Positions 1 to 12,285 of a stretch of 64,000 nucleotides of DNA are shown here, in pieces. This stretch comes from Octopus vulgaris (Eukaryota), in the NCBI GenBank assembly GCA_951406725.2, contig OX597841.1:25048001-25112000 (forward strand). The letters run 5' to 3'. Numbering within the stretch: the stretch's first letter is position 1; every line of letters begins with the position of its first letter. The notes under the pieces are model-generated. The model ran no database searches, was not told the DNA's origin, and saw only the letters and a program-made list of their open reading frames with translations. Position numbers and translations under genes: made by a program.

Positions 1-362
1 ATTCCCTATAGTTAATGTTATTTCAATGAAAGTCTAGCAACGATGTGTGTACGCTTTGTGGGTATGCTTTAGCATGTACGTACAAAAATTAGGGTCGCAT
101 GTTACATTTGTCCTCCTGTATACATCCGTAAGGCTTCCTGCAGTCATATATGTATACTTCATTATCTGTTCTATCTATATAATGTCTTGTTTGTTTCTGT
201 GTAGGCGCACATTCGCAGGTATTTTCCCAGTAGCTAGTTCTTCAGTCTAGCTTTTCTAATTGATTTTGTCTTTTTATAAGGAGTAATTTTCTCCCTCTAG
301 TTATCAATTCTGGTATTATTCCTCCATTAAGCTGATCGTAAAGCTCTCTCCTCAGTTCACTC

Positions 363-745
363 CGCAGGAGTGGCTGTGTGGTAAGTAGCTTGCTTACCAA
401 CCACATAGTTCCGGGTTCAGTCCCACTGCGTGGCATCTTGGGCAAACGTCTTCTGCTATAGCCTCAGGCCGACCAATGCCTTGTGAGTGGATTTGGTAGA
501 CCGAAACTGAAAGAAGATTTTCGTATATAGGTATATATATATGTATGTATGTGTATATGTTTGTACCCCCAACATCGCTTGACAACCGATGCTGGTGTGT
601 TTACGTCCTCGTAACTTAGCGGTTCGGCAAAAGAGACCGATAGAATAAGTACTGGGCTTACAAACAATAAGTCCCGGGGTCGATTTGTTCGACTAAAGGC
701 GGTGCTCTAGCATGGCCGCAGTCAAATGACTGAAACAAGTAAAAG
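363..745 (+). mobile_element. tRNA-derived SINE, family A (also at ~5405, 10615, 15826, 21039)
   Basis: Box A-like TGGCTGTGTGGT and box B-like GGTTCAGTCCC, internal (TA)/(TG) tract, conserved 3' part ending GACTGAAACAAGTAAAA, followed by (GA)n. Many dispersed copies on both strands in the window. Confidence 0.85.
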
Positions 746-1290
<545 letters not shown>

Positions 1291-1399
1291 AAATCATAAG
1301 CTATCATAAATTTTCTGTGAAGAGTGGAGTCGAGTTAAAGGCATCCGAACGTGCGACATAACAGTGCCGACGAGGATTTCGCAGCTCACGCAGCGATCG

Positions 1400-2730
1400 T
1401 GTAGTATTGCGACATAACAGTATGATATGTCAGAAGCTGCGCAGTGTTGGCATATTTGGAAAACTTGGAGAATGGTTACATGACTTCTTAAGATATAAAT
1501 CAGGGGAGAAGTGGGCAACGGGGGATCTCCATGGAAACACAAAAATGAGTGTTGTTTCACAGGGCATTATCTTGGGGTAGCTGATATTTATAGTGGCCCT
1601 CTCAGACATGCACTCAGCTAATCGGGTAGCCACGCTTGCTAGCAATGCAGATGATACAAAAGTCTCTCAGAGGACACGGAACCAGGAGAGGTTGCGCATC
1701 TGCGACGGGAGTTGGACACAATGTACAGGTGGGATGAGGAAAATAAAACGCAGTTTCTAAGCCATTTAAGAAACACACAAAAGCCGTTCGATTCACTTCA
1801 ACATTTAAGTTTAATTTGTCAAAATATTTTCGTCGTTTTAAGACCGCGACCTGTTCACTGACAAAAATCGGTGCTGCCATTTTTGTCAGTGAACAGGTCG
1901 CGGTCTTATAGCGACGAAAATATTTTGACAAATTAAACTTAAATGTTGAAGTGAATCGAACGGCTTTTGTGTGTTTCTTAAATGGCTTACAAACACCTTC
2001 CACGCTGCAATTGTTTTCGTTCCAGCACACGATCTCAGATCAAATCACTTGCTATGCAAGTACATCTCCGTCAAGCGCAGTTTTCATGTTGGAAAATTCC
2101 AAAACCCTGCGCTACCAACACATGCATTCAACGAAACGCAGATACGATAGATTGATCAGGAGGCAAAGTCTCAATCAAAATCAATGTGTGACCTGAGCGT
2201 CGACATGAGTAATGATGCATCTTTCCAGGTGCATATTACGAAGTTGACAATAATATGCAGACAGCTGGTGGGATGGATCTTTAGAGCTTTCAGAATGAAG
2301 GAACAGGAAGTCTTGATGTTCTTGTACAGGACTTTCGTCCCGAGCCCTTTGAATTACTGCTCCCAAATACAGTCCCCACACAGTGTAAAATTAACAACGG
2401 AACTCGAAGCAATCCAGCGAAGCTACACAAAAAGATCGTCTCAATGCGACATGTCAGCTACTGAGAGAGACTGAATAAAGTGAAGACTACTCTCTAGAAT
2501 GGAGGCGGAAAAGATACGCGGTAAAATAGATTTGGAAAAATCTAGAAGAACTTGTAGCAAACTTTGGCATTGTCAGTTACTCAAACATCAGAAAGGGGCG
2601 CCACTGCATAATACCAAAAATCCCAACATTGCTATCAGGACACAGGACCCCATATACTGCAGCAGCTTGTACTTCAAGGGACCACAGCTCTTTAATATCT
2701 TCCCACAAAGCCTGAGAGACCTACATGGGC
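1400..2730 (+). mobile_element. Degraded CR1/L2/Jockey-type LINE reverse transcriptase (repeated in each unit)
   Basis: Peptides GIFGKLGEWLHDFL, QGIILG*LIFIVALSDM...NADDTK (RT PQG and ADD motifs) and GWIFRAFR...LYRTFVPSPLNYCSQIQSP...ELEAIQRSYTK; interrupted by stops and by a palindrome. Confidence 0.8.
1758..1989. repeat. Long palindrome / foldback insertion (111-bp arms, 10-nt loop); copies near 6775, 11986, 17197
   Basis: 1758-1868 is the reverse complement of 1879-1989 with 2 mismatches; loop CGGTGCTGCC. Confidence 0.92.
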
Positions 2731-2734
2731 GATG

Positions 2735-3290
2735 AAGCAATGGGCCATATGCAATGTTTCGTGTAGCACGGGCACTTCAATGTGGGAAGAATGTTCCTGG
2801 AAGATGATGAGCGATCTGGAAGAACTGTCACGAGCGTCACTCTCGGAAATGTGGTATTGTGCATCGAGAATTTCCTTTCGCAGTGCCAGACCGTCAATCG
2901 AGAGTTCTACTGTGGCGTTTTGGAGCGTTTCAAGGAGGACGACATTCGGCGTAAGCGACCGGATCTGTGCGATGAATTGGATTCTTCACCGAGTTCTCCT
3001 TACACATGAATTTCTCGACAAAAACAACATGGTATCACTTCTGCACCCGTTCTGTTCGCTAGATTTAGCACCTGCGGACTTCCATTTCTTCCCAATGATG
3101 AAACTGCAGCCTAAAAGTCACCATTTTAACACCCTTGTCGAAATCCAAAGCGAATCGTAGAAGGTCCACGCCTCGCTTACAGAAAACGACCTCAACGCTG
3201 GATTCCAAGAGACAGGTACGTTGGGAGCGGCGTATTGCTGCAAAAAGAGATAATTTCGATGGCGAGGATGTTAAAACAGGTAAATAAGTT
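2735..3290 (+). mobile_element. Mariner (Tc1/mariner) transposase relic, internally deleted (repeated in each unit)
   Basis: Peptides LEDDERSGR, QTVNREFYCGVLERF..IRRKRPDL, HPFCSLDLAPADFHFFP (YSPDLAP motif) and RWERRIAAKRDNFD across frameshifts. Confidence 0.85.
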
Positions 3291-3545
3291 TTTTTTTATT
3301 ATTGAACATAATCAGTCCACTAATTTTTAAATAACCAACACCTAGGGGTTCTTCAAACCAAAATTGGATATTCTGTCAAGAGTTGCGGACGAAGCTACCT
3401 CACGGCATCTACCAAATGCCACATATCAGAGAAAGTTTAGTGAATGTGTTGCAAAGCAAACAGCAGTGCACCAGCATGGCCACAACTCTCAAGTTGAAAC
3501 TAGACAAGAAAAAAATATGTATTTATATATGTGTGTATGTATGTA

Positions 3546-3576
<31 letters not shown>

Positions 3577-4002
3577 TTGTGTGTGTGTACTCAGTCCTAG
3601 TGTAGTTGTATGACCAGTTGTTTTATTGTATCGATCTCTACGAAACGTCATACTGGCAGGTTGTTTCAAATCAATACAGATGTCATGATCTCAAATGGAA
3701 ATTTAAACAAACCCGTAATTGAATAGTCTCGGGTCAGATTACATTATTAGATTTTCAAATTTAACATCTCAATACAAATACGTTCCGTCATTGTTTAGGA
3801 CGTTAGAATGTATTTTGGCTGCATTTTATCGCCGGTGTATTGGCTCATAATTGTTTGTTGTATGTCTTTATAAATCCTAGTTACTAATGAAGCATTTTGT
3901 CAACTGTGCTTCAACTGTCAACTAGTTCACTGCCTCATTCAAGAAATACTTACTGCTACATGAATAACTACTTGAAACTGTTCACATCACACCAAATAAG
4001 GA

Positions 4003-4946
4003 ATGGACACCTACCGCAAGATATTTTTCCTCTTTGTCATATTCATAGTAGTATGCATTTCTTTTTATATTTCTCAATTTGAATATAATCTCAAGAACGT
4101 ACAAAACATTTGGAATTGGACTTCAACAGCTAAGCAGTATGTTTCCTACACAAGGAATACCTCTCGATTGTTTCCAGGTAATCAGCCTGAAAACGATCGT
4201 ATCGAAGCTCAAATGAAATATGTCCTACCAGGAGAGGAAAGATGGGAAAATTATGAACGGAATAGGCACCAAAATCAGTCAGATTCTGATCGAAATGTAA
4301 AGTTAAAGCCAAATAGACCAAAGTTTAAAACGTTGTTAATATACAGTTTAAAATATCAGCAACCATTGAAGGAAAATCAAACGAGTTTCCTGGAATATAA
4401 ATGTCCAGTTAATGAATGTTTAGTCACAAGCAACAAAGCAATGCAAAATAGTGTTGATGCTATTTTCTTTTATGAGAGAGTGGGACTATCACAGAAACCA
4501 AACCACATGAACCAAATATGGATTTTTATGACACAAGAGTGTCCTTTTTTCAACCCATCAGTGAAACACCTGGGAAACAAAATCAACTGGACGATTAATT
4601 ATCGGCATGACAGTACGATTGTATATCCTTACGGAAAATTTCGATATTTTAACAAGTCAGTAAGACAAAAAGTACAAGTTCAAAATTATGCAACGGGAAA
4701 AACAAAGAAGGTTGCTTGGTTCGTATCGAACTGTGGTCCAAGCAACAATCGCATGGGTTATGCTAAGGAGCTCGGAAAATATATCCAAGTGGATATTTAC
4801 GGTAGATGTGGTACAAAAATTTGCACGAAAAGTAATGAAAATAAATGCTATGAGATATTAAAAAAGGAATACAAATTTTATTTGGCATTCGAAAATTCCA
4901 ATTGTAGAGATTATATTACTGAAAAATTCTTCATTAATGGTTTGAA
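4003..4946 (+). CDS. FucTA: Alpha-1,3-fucosyltransferase (GT10, FucTA-like) large coding exon, copy V1
   Basis: Type II membrane anchor (MDTYRK-IFFLFVIFIVVCISFYIS) and GT10 motifs QIWIFMTQECP, NWTINYRHDS, VAWFVSNC, VDIYGRCG and YKFYLAFENSNCRDYITEKF. Ends at donor AA|GTAAGT (GT at 4947-4948). Confidence 0.93.
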
Positions 4947-5790
4947 GTAAGTACTTGAATTTTAAATCCGTGTGTCTTTGTATTTGAATTAATGAGATTA
5001 AGTAGTGCTTTTCGAATGGCTCTCTTTCTCCAGAGTTGGTTAATTCCCTATAGTTAAAGTTATTTCAATGAAACTCTAGCAACGATGTGTGTACGCTTTG
5101 TGGGTATGCTTTAGCATGTACGTACAACAATGAGGGTCGCATGTTACATTTGTCCTCCTGTATACATCGGTAAGGCTTCCTGCAGTCATATATGTATACT
5201 TCATTCTCTGTTCTATCTATATAATGTCTTGTTTGTTTCTGTGTAGGCGCACATTCGCTGGCATCTTCCCAGTAGCTAGTTCTTCAGTCTAGTTTTTCTA
5301 ATTGATTTTGTCTTTTTATAAGGAGTAATTTTCTCCCTCTAGTTATCAATTCTGGTATTATTCCTCCATTAAGCTGATCGTAAAGTTCTCTCCTCAGTTC
5401 ACTCCGCAGGAGTGGCTGTGTGGTAAGTAGCTTGCTTACCAACCACATAGTTCCGGGTTCAGTCCCACTGCGTGGCATCTTGGGCAAACGTCTTCTGCTA
5501 TAGCCTCAGGCCGACCAATGCCTTGTGAGTGGATTTGGTAGACCGAAACTGAAAGAAGATTTTCGTATATAGGTATATATATATGTATGTATGTGTATAT
5601 GTTTGTACCCCCAACATCGCTTGACAACCGATGCTGGTGTGTTTACGTCCTCGTAACTTAGCGGTTCGGCAAAAGAGACCGATAGAATAAGTACTGGGCT
5701 TACAAACAATAAGTCCCGGGGTCGATTTGTTCGACTAAAGGCGGTGCTCTAGCATGGCCGCAGTCAAATGACTGAAACAAGTAAAAGGAG

Positions 5791-5875
<85 letters not shown>

Positions 5876-7032
5876 TTACTTGTAAGCTGCTAAACTTATT
5901 TAACCAATACCCTTGAACGAAATCTGGTCCTGAGACCTTTCGATTCGGCATTTTCGTCTTAGATCTGTCTGCTTCTCACTCACTACTTCTTCCTCCACTT
6001 TCTTCAATCATGTTGCATCTTCATTATGATTGACTGGATTATACTAAATTTTACTCCAGCACTTACTTCTGCACTAGGCTTCTCATCTTTGGTACTTTAT
6101 AAAAATCTCCTGTGGTCTGTCTCAAAGAGTCTGTTCTGCGGATATTGAACCATCCTTTTCTGATATCCGAAAAGCTTACCTGCTACCAGTATCTTCTCAA
6201 GAGAAGTCTTAAATCATGTGTTTCTTAACTTTTTCAGTTTCCAGGCTTCTATTCTACCCAGATCTTGTTTTTAAAGTCTTCACTTTACCTTTAATAATGA
6301 GCCAAACAAATCATAAGCTATCATAAATTTTCTGTGAAGAGTGGAGTCGAGTTAAAGGCATCCGAACGTGCGACATAACAGTGCCGACGAGGATTTCGCA
6401 GCTCACGCAGCGATCGTGTAGTATTGCGACATAACAGTATGATATGTCAGAAGCTGCGCAGTGTTGGCATATTTGGAAAACTTGGAGAATGGTTACATGA
6501 CTTCTTAAGATATAAATCAGGGGAGAAGTGGGCAACGGGGGATCTCCATGGAAACACAAAAATGAGTGTTGTTTCACAGGGCATTATCTTGGGGTAGCTG
6601 ATATTTATAGTGGCCCTCTCAGACATGCACTCAGCTAATCGGGTAGCCACGCTTGCTAGCAATGCAGATGATACAAAAGTCTCTCAGAGGACACGGAACC
6701 AGGAGAGGTTGCGCATCTGCGACGGGAGTTGGACACAATGTACAGGTGGGATGAGGAAAATAAAACGCAGTTTCTAAGCCATTTAAGAAACACACAAAAG
6801 CCGTTCGATTCACTTCAACATTTAAGTTTAATTTGTCAAAATATTTTCGTCGTTTTAAGACCGCGACCTGTTCATTGACAAAAATCCGTGCTGCCATTTT
6901 TGTCAGTGAACAGGTCGCGGTCTTATAGCGACGAAAATATTTTGACAAATTAAACTTAAATGTTGAAGTGAATCGAACGGCTTTTGTGTGTTTCTTAAAT
7001 GGCTTACAAACACCTTCCACGCTGCAATTCCT

Positions 7033-7074
<42 letters not shown>

Positions 7075-8753
7075 TTATTCAGCATGGATATTTGTCAGTG
7101 AACAGGTCGCGGTCTTATAGCGACGAAAATATTTTGACAAATTAAACTTAAATGTTGAAGTGAATCGAACGGCTTTTGTGTGTTTCTTAAATGGCTTACA
7201 AACACCTTCCACGCTGCAATTGTTTTCGTTCCAGCACACGATCTCAGATCAAATCACTTGCTATGCAAGTACATCTCCGTCAAGCGCAGTTTTCATGTTG
7301 GAAAATTCCAAAACCCTGCGCTACCAACACATGCATTCAACGAAACGCAGATACGATAGATTGATCAGGAGGCAAAGTCTCAATCAAAATCAATGTGTGA
7401 CCTGAGCGTCGACATGAGTAATGATGCATCTTTCCAGGTGCATATTACGAAGTTGACAATAATATGCAGACAGCTGGAGGGATGGATCTTTAGAGCTTTC
7501 AGAATGAAGGAACAGGAAGTCTTGATGTTCTTGTACAGGACTTTCGTCCCGAGCCCTTTGAATTACTGCTCCCAAATACAGTCCCCACACAGTGTAAAAT
7601 TAACAACGGAACTCGAAGCAATCCAGCGAAGCTACACAAAAAGATCGTCTCAATGCGACATGTCAGCTACTGAGAGAGACTGAATAAAGTGAAGACTACT
7701 CTCTAGAATGGAGGCGGAAAAGATACGCGGTAAAATAGATTTGGAAAAATCTGGAAGAACTTGTAGCAAACTTTGGCATTGTCAGTTACTCAAACATCAG
7801 AAAGGGGCGCCACTGCATAATACCAAAAATCCCAACATTGCTATCAGGACACAGGACCCCATATACTGCAGCAGCTTGTACTTCAAGGGACCACAGCTCT
7901 TTAATATCTTCCCACAAAGCCTGAGAGACCTACATGGGCGATGAAGCAATGGGCCATATGCAATGTTTCGTGTAGCACGGGCACTTCAATGTGGGAAGAA
8001 TGTTCCTGGAAGATGATGAGCGATCTGGAAGAACTGTCACGAGCGTCACTCTCGGAAATGTGGTATTGTGCATCGAGAATTTCCTTTCGCAGTGCCAGAC
8101 CGTCAATCGAGAGTTCTACTGTGGCGTTTTGGAGCGTTTCAAGGAGGACGTCATTCGGCGTAAGCGACCGGATCTGTGCGATGAATTGGATTCTTCACCG
8201 AGTTCTCCTTACACATGAATTTCTCGACAAAAACAACATGGTATCACTTCTGCACCCGTTCTGTTCGCTAGATTTAGCACCTGCGGACTTCCATTTCTTC
8301 CCAATGATGAAACTGCAGCCTAAAGTCACCATTTTAACACCCTTGTCGAAATCCAAAGCGAATCGTAGAAGGTCCACGCCTCGCTTACAGAAAACGACCT
8401 CAACGCTGGATTCCAAGAGACAGGTACGTTGGGAGCGGCGTATTGCTGCAAAAAGAGATAATTTCGATGGCGAGGATGTTAAAACAGGTAAATAAGTTTT
8501 TTTTTATTATTGAACATAATCAGTCCACTAATTTTTAAATAACCAACACCTAGGGGTTCTTCAAACCAAAATTGGATATTCTGTCAAGAGTTGCGGACGA
8601 AGCTACCTCACGGCATCTACCAAATGCCACATATCAGAGAAAGTTTAGTGAATGTGTTGCAAAGCAAACAGCAGTGCACCAGCATGGCCACAACTCTCAA
8701 GTTGAAACTAGACAAGAAAAAAATATGTATTTATATATGTGTGTATGTATGTA

Positions 8754-8801
<48 letters not shown>

Positions 8802-9212
8802 CAGTCCTAGTGTAGTTGTATGACCTGTTGTTTTATTGTATCGATCTCTACGAAACGTCATACTGGCAGGTTGTTTCAAATCAATACAGATGTCATGATC
8901 TCAAATGGAAATTTAAACAAACCCGTAATTGAATAGTCTCGGGTCAGATTACATTATTAGATTTTCAAATTTAACATCTCAATACAAATACGTTCCGTCA
9001 TTGTTTAGGACGTTAGAATGTATTTTGGCTGCATTTTATCGCCGGTGTATTGGCTCATAATTTTTTGTTGTATGTCTTTATAAATCCTAGTTACTAACGA
9101 AACATTTTGTCAACTGTGCTTCAACTGTCAACTAGTTCACTGCCTCATTCAAGAAATACTTACTGCTACATGAATAACTACTTGAAACTGTTCACATCAC
9201 ACCAAATAAGGA

Positions 9213-10156
9213 ATGGACACCTACCGCAAGATATTTTTCCTCTTTGTCATATTCATAGTAGTATGCATTTCTTTTTACATTTCTCAATTTGAATATAATC
9301 TCAAGAACGTACAAAACATTTGGAATTTGACTTCAACAACTAAGCAGTATGTTTCCTACACAAGGAATACCTCTCGATTGTTTCCAGGTAATCAGCCTGA
9401 AAACGATCGTATCGAATCTCAAATGAAATATGTCCTACCAGGAGAGGAAAAATGGGAAAATTATGAACGGAATAGGCACCAAAATCAGTCAGACTCTGAT
9501 CGAAATGTAAAGTTAAAGCCAAATAGACCAAAGTTTAAAACGTTGTTAATATACAGTTTAAAATATCTGCAACCATTGAAGGGAAATCAAACGAGTTTCC
9601 TGGAATATAAATGTCCAGTTAATGAATGTTTAGTCACAAACAACAAAGCAATGCAAAATAGTGTAGATGCTATTTTCTTTTATGAGAGAGTGGGACTATT
9701 ACAGAAACAAAACCACACGAACGAAATATGGATTTACACGACACATGAGTGTCCTTTTTTCAACCCATCAGTGAAACACCTGGGAAACAAAATCAACTGG
9801 ACGATTACTTATAAGCAGGACAGTACGATTGTATATCCTTACGGAAAATTTCGATATTTTAACAAGTCAGTAAGACAAAAAGTACAATTTCAAAATTATG
9901 CAGCGGGAAAAACAAAGAAGGTTGCTTGGTTCGTATCGAACTGTCGTCCAAGCAACAATCGAATGGGTTATGCTAAGGAGCTCGGAAAATATATCCAAGT
10001 AGATATTTACGGTAGATGTGGTACAAAAATTTGCACGAGAAGGAATGAAAATAAATGCTTTGAGATATTAAAAAAGGAATACAAATTTTATTTGGCATTC
10101 GAAAATTCCAATTGTAGAGATTATATTACTGAAAAATTCTTCATTAATGGTTTGAA
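9213..10156 (+). CDS. FucTA: Alpha-1,3-fucosyltransferase large coding exon, copy V2
   Basis: Intact ORF with the same motifs and the AA|GTAAGT donor; 23 amino-acid differences from V1 (manual count). Confidence 0.93.
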
Positions 10157-11004
10157 GTAAGTACTTGAATTTTGAATCTGTGTGTCTTTGTATTTGAATT
10201 AATGAGATTAAGTAGTGCTTTTCGAATGGCTCTCATTCTTCAGAGTTGGTTAATTCCCTATAGTTAATGTTATTTCAATGAAACTCTAGCAACGATGTGT
10301 GTACGCTTTGTGGGTATGCTTTAGCATGTACGTACAAAAATGAGGGTCGCATGTTACATTTGTCCTCCTGTATACATCGGTAAGGCTTCCTGCAGTCATA
10401 TATGTATACTTCATTATCTGTTCTACCTATATAATGTCTTGTTTGTTTCTGTGTAGGCGCACATTCGCTGGCATCTTCCCAGTAGCTAGTTCTTCAGTCT
10501 AGTTTTTCTAATTGATTTTGTCTTTTTATAAGGAGTAATTTTCTCCCTCTAGTTATCAATTCTGGTATTATTCCTCCATTAAGCTGATCGTAAAGTTCTC
10601 TCCTCAGTTCACTCCGCAGGAGTGGCTGTGTGGTAAGTAGCTTGCTTACCAACCACATAGTTCCGGGTTCAGTCCCACTGCGTGGCATCTTGGGCAAACG
10701 TCTTCTGCTATAGCCTCAGGCCGACCAATGCCTTGTGAGTGGATTTGGTAGACCGAAACTGAAAGAAGATTTTCGTATATAGGTATATATATATGTATGT
10801 ATGTGTATATGTTTGTACCCCCAACATCGCTTGACAACCGATGCTGGTGTGTTTACGTCCTCGTAACTTAGCGGTTCGGCAAAAGAGACCGATAGAATAA
10901 GTACTGGGCTTACAAACAATAAGTCCCGGGGTCGATTTGTTCGACTAAAGGCGGTGCTCTAGCATGGCCGCAGTCAAATGACTGAAACAAGTAAAAGGAG
11001 AGAA

Positions 11005-11089
<85 letters not shown>

Positions 11090-12243
11090 CTTGTAAGCTG
11101 CTAAACTTATTTAACCAATACCCTTGAACGAAATCTGGTCCTGAGCCCTTTCGATTCGGCATTTTCGTCTTAGATCTGTCTGCTTCTCACTCACTACTTC
11201 TTCCTCCACTTTCTTCAATCATGTTGCATCTTCATTATGATTGACTGGATTATACTAAATTTTACTCCAGCACTTACTTCTGCACTAGGCTTCTCATCTT
11301 TGGTACTTTATAAAAATCTCCTGTGGTCTGTCTCAAAGAGTCTGTTCTGCGGATATTGAACCATCCTTTTCTGATATCCGAAAAGCTTACCTGCTACCAG
11401 TATCTTCTCAAGAGAAGTCTTAAATCATGTGTTTCTTAACTTTTTCAGTTTCCAGGCTTCTATTCTACCCAGATCTTGTTTTTAAAGTCTTCACTTTACC
11501 TTTAATAATGAGCCAAACAAATCATAAGCTATCATAAATTTTCTGTGAAGAGTGGAGTCGAGTTAAAGGCATCCGAACGTGCGACATAACAGTGCCGACG
11601 AGGATTTCGCAGCTCACGCAGCGATCGTGTAGTATTGCGACATAACAGTATGATATGTCAGAAGCTGCGCAGTGTTGGCATATTTGGAAAACTTGGAGAA
11701 TGGTTACATGACTTCTTAAGATATAAATCAGGGGAGAAGTGGGCAACGGGGGATCTCCATGGAAACACAAAAATGAGTGTTGTTTCACAGGGCATTATCT
11801 TGGGGTAGCTGATATTTATAGTGGCCCTCTCAGACATGCACTCAGCTAATCGGGTAGCCACGCTTGCTAGCAATGCAGATGATACAAAAGTCTCTCAGAG
11901 GACACGGAACCAGGAGAGGTTGCGCATCTGCGACGGGAGTTGGACACAATGTACAGGTGGGATGAGGAAAATAAAACGCAGTTTCTAAGCCATTTAAGAA
12001 ACACACAAAAGCCGTTCGATTCACTTCAACATTTAAGTTTAATTTGTCAAAATATTTTCGTCGTTTTAAGACCGCGACCTGTTCATTGACAAAAATCCGT
12101 GCTGCCATTTTTGTCAGTGAACAGGTCGCGGTCTTATAGCGACGAAAATATTTTGACAAATTAAACTTAAATGTTGAAGTGAATCGAACGGCTTTTGTGT
12201 GTTTCTTAAATGGCTTACAAACACCTTCCACGCTGCAATTCCT

Positions 12244-12285
<42 letters not shown>

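Noticed and set aside
242-667. Short ORFs conserved across many positions (MPKMPRSGTEPG..., [12 protein letters not shown]...)
   Set aside because: Antisense translations of the family-A SINE; recurrence reflects repeat copies.
1614-2030. 138-aa ORF with an apparent internal symmetry
   Set aside because: Artefact of reading through the 111-bp palindrome.
4003-4950. 315-aa ORFs as complete intronless genes
   Set aside because: The stop lies inside the GTAAGT donor, and the C-terminal ~106 aa of the GT10 fold are in a separate phase-matched exon.
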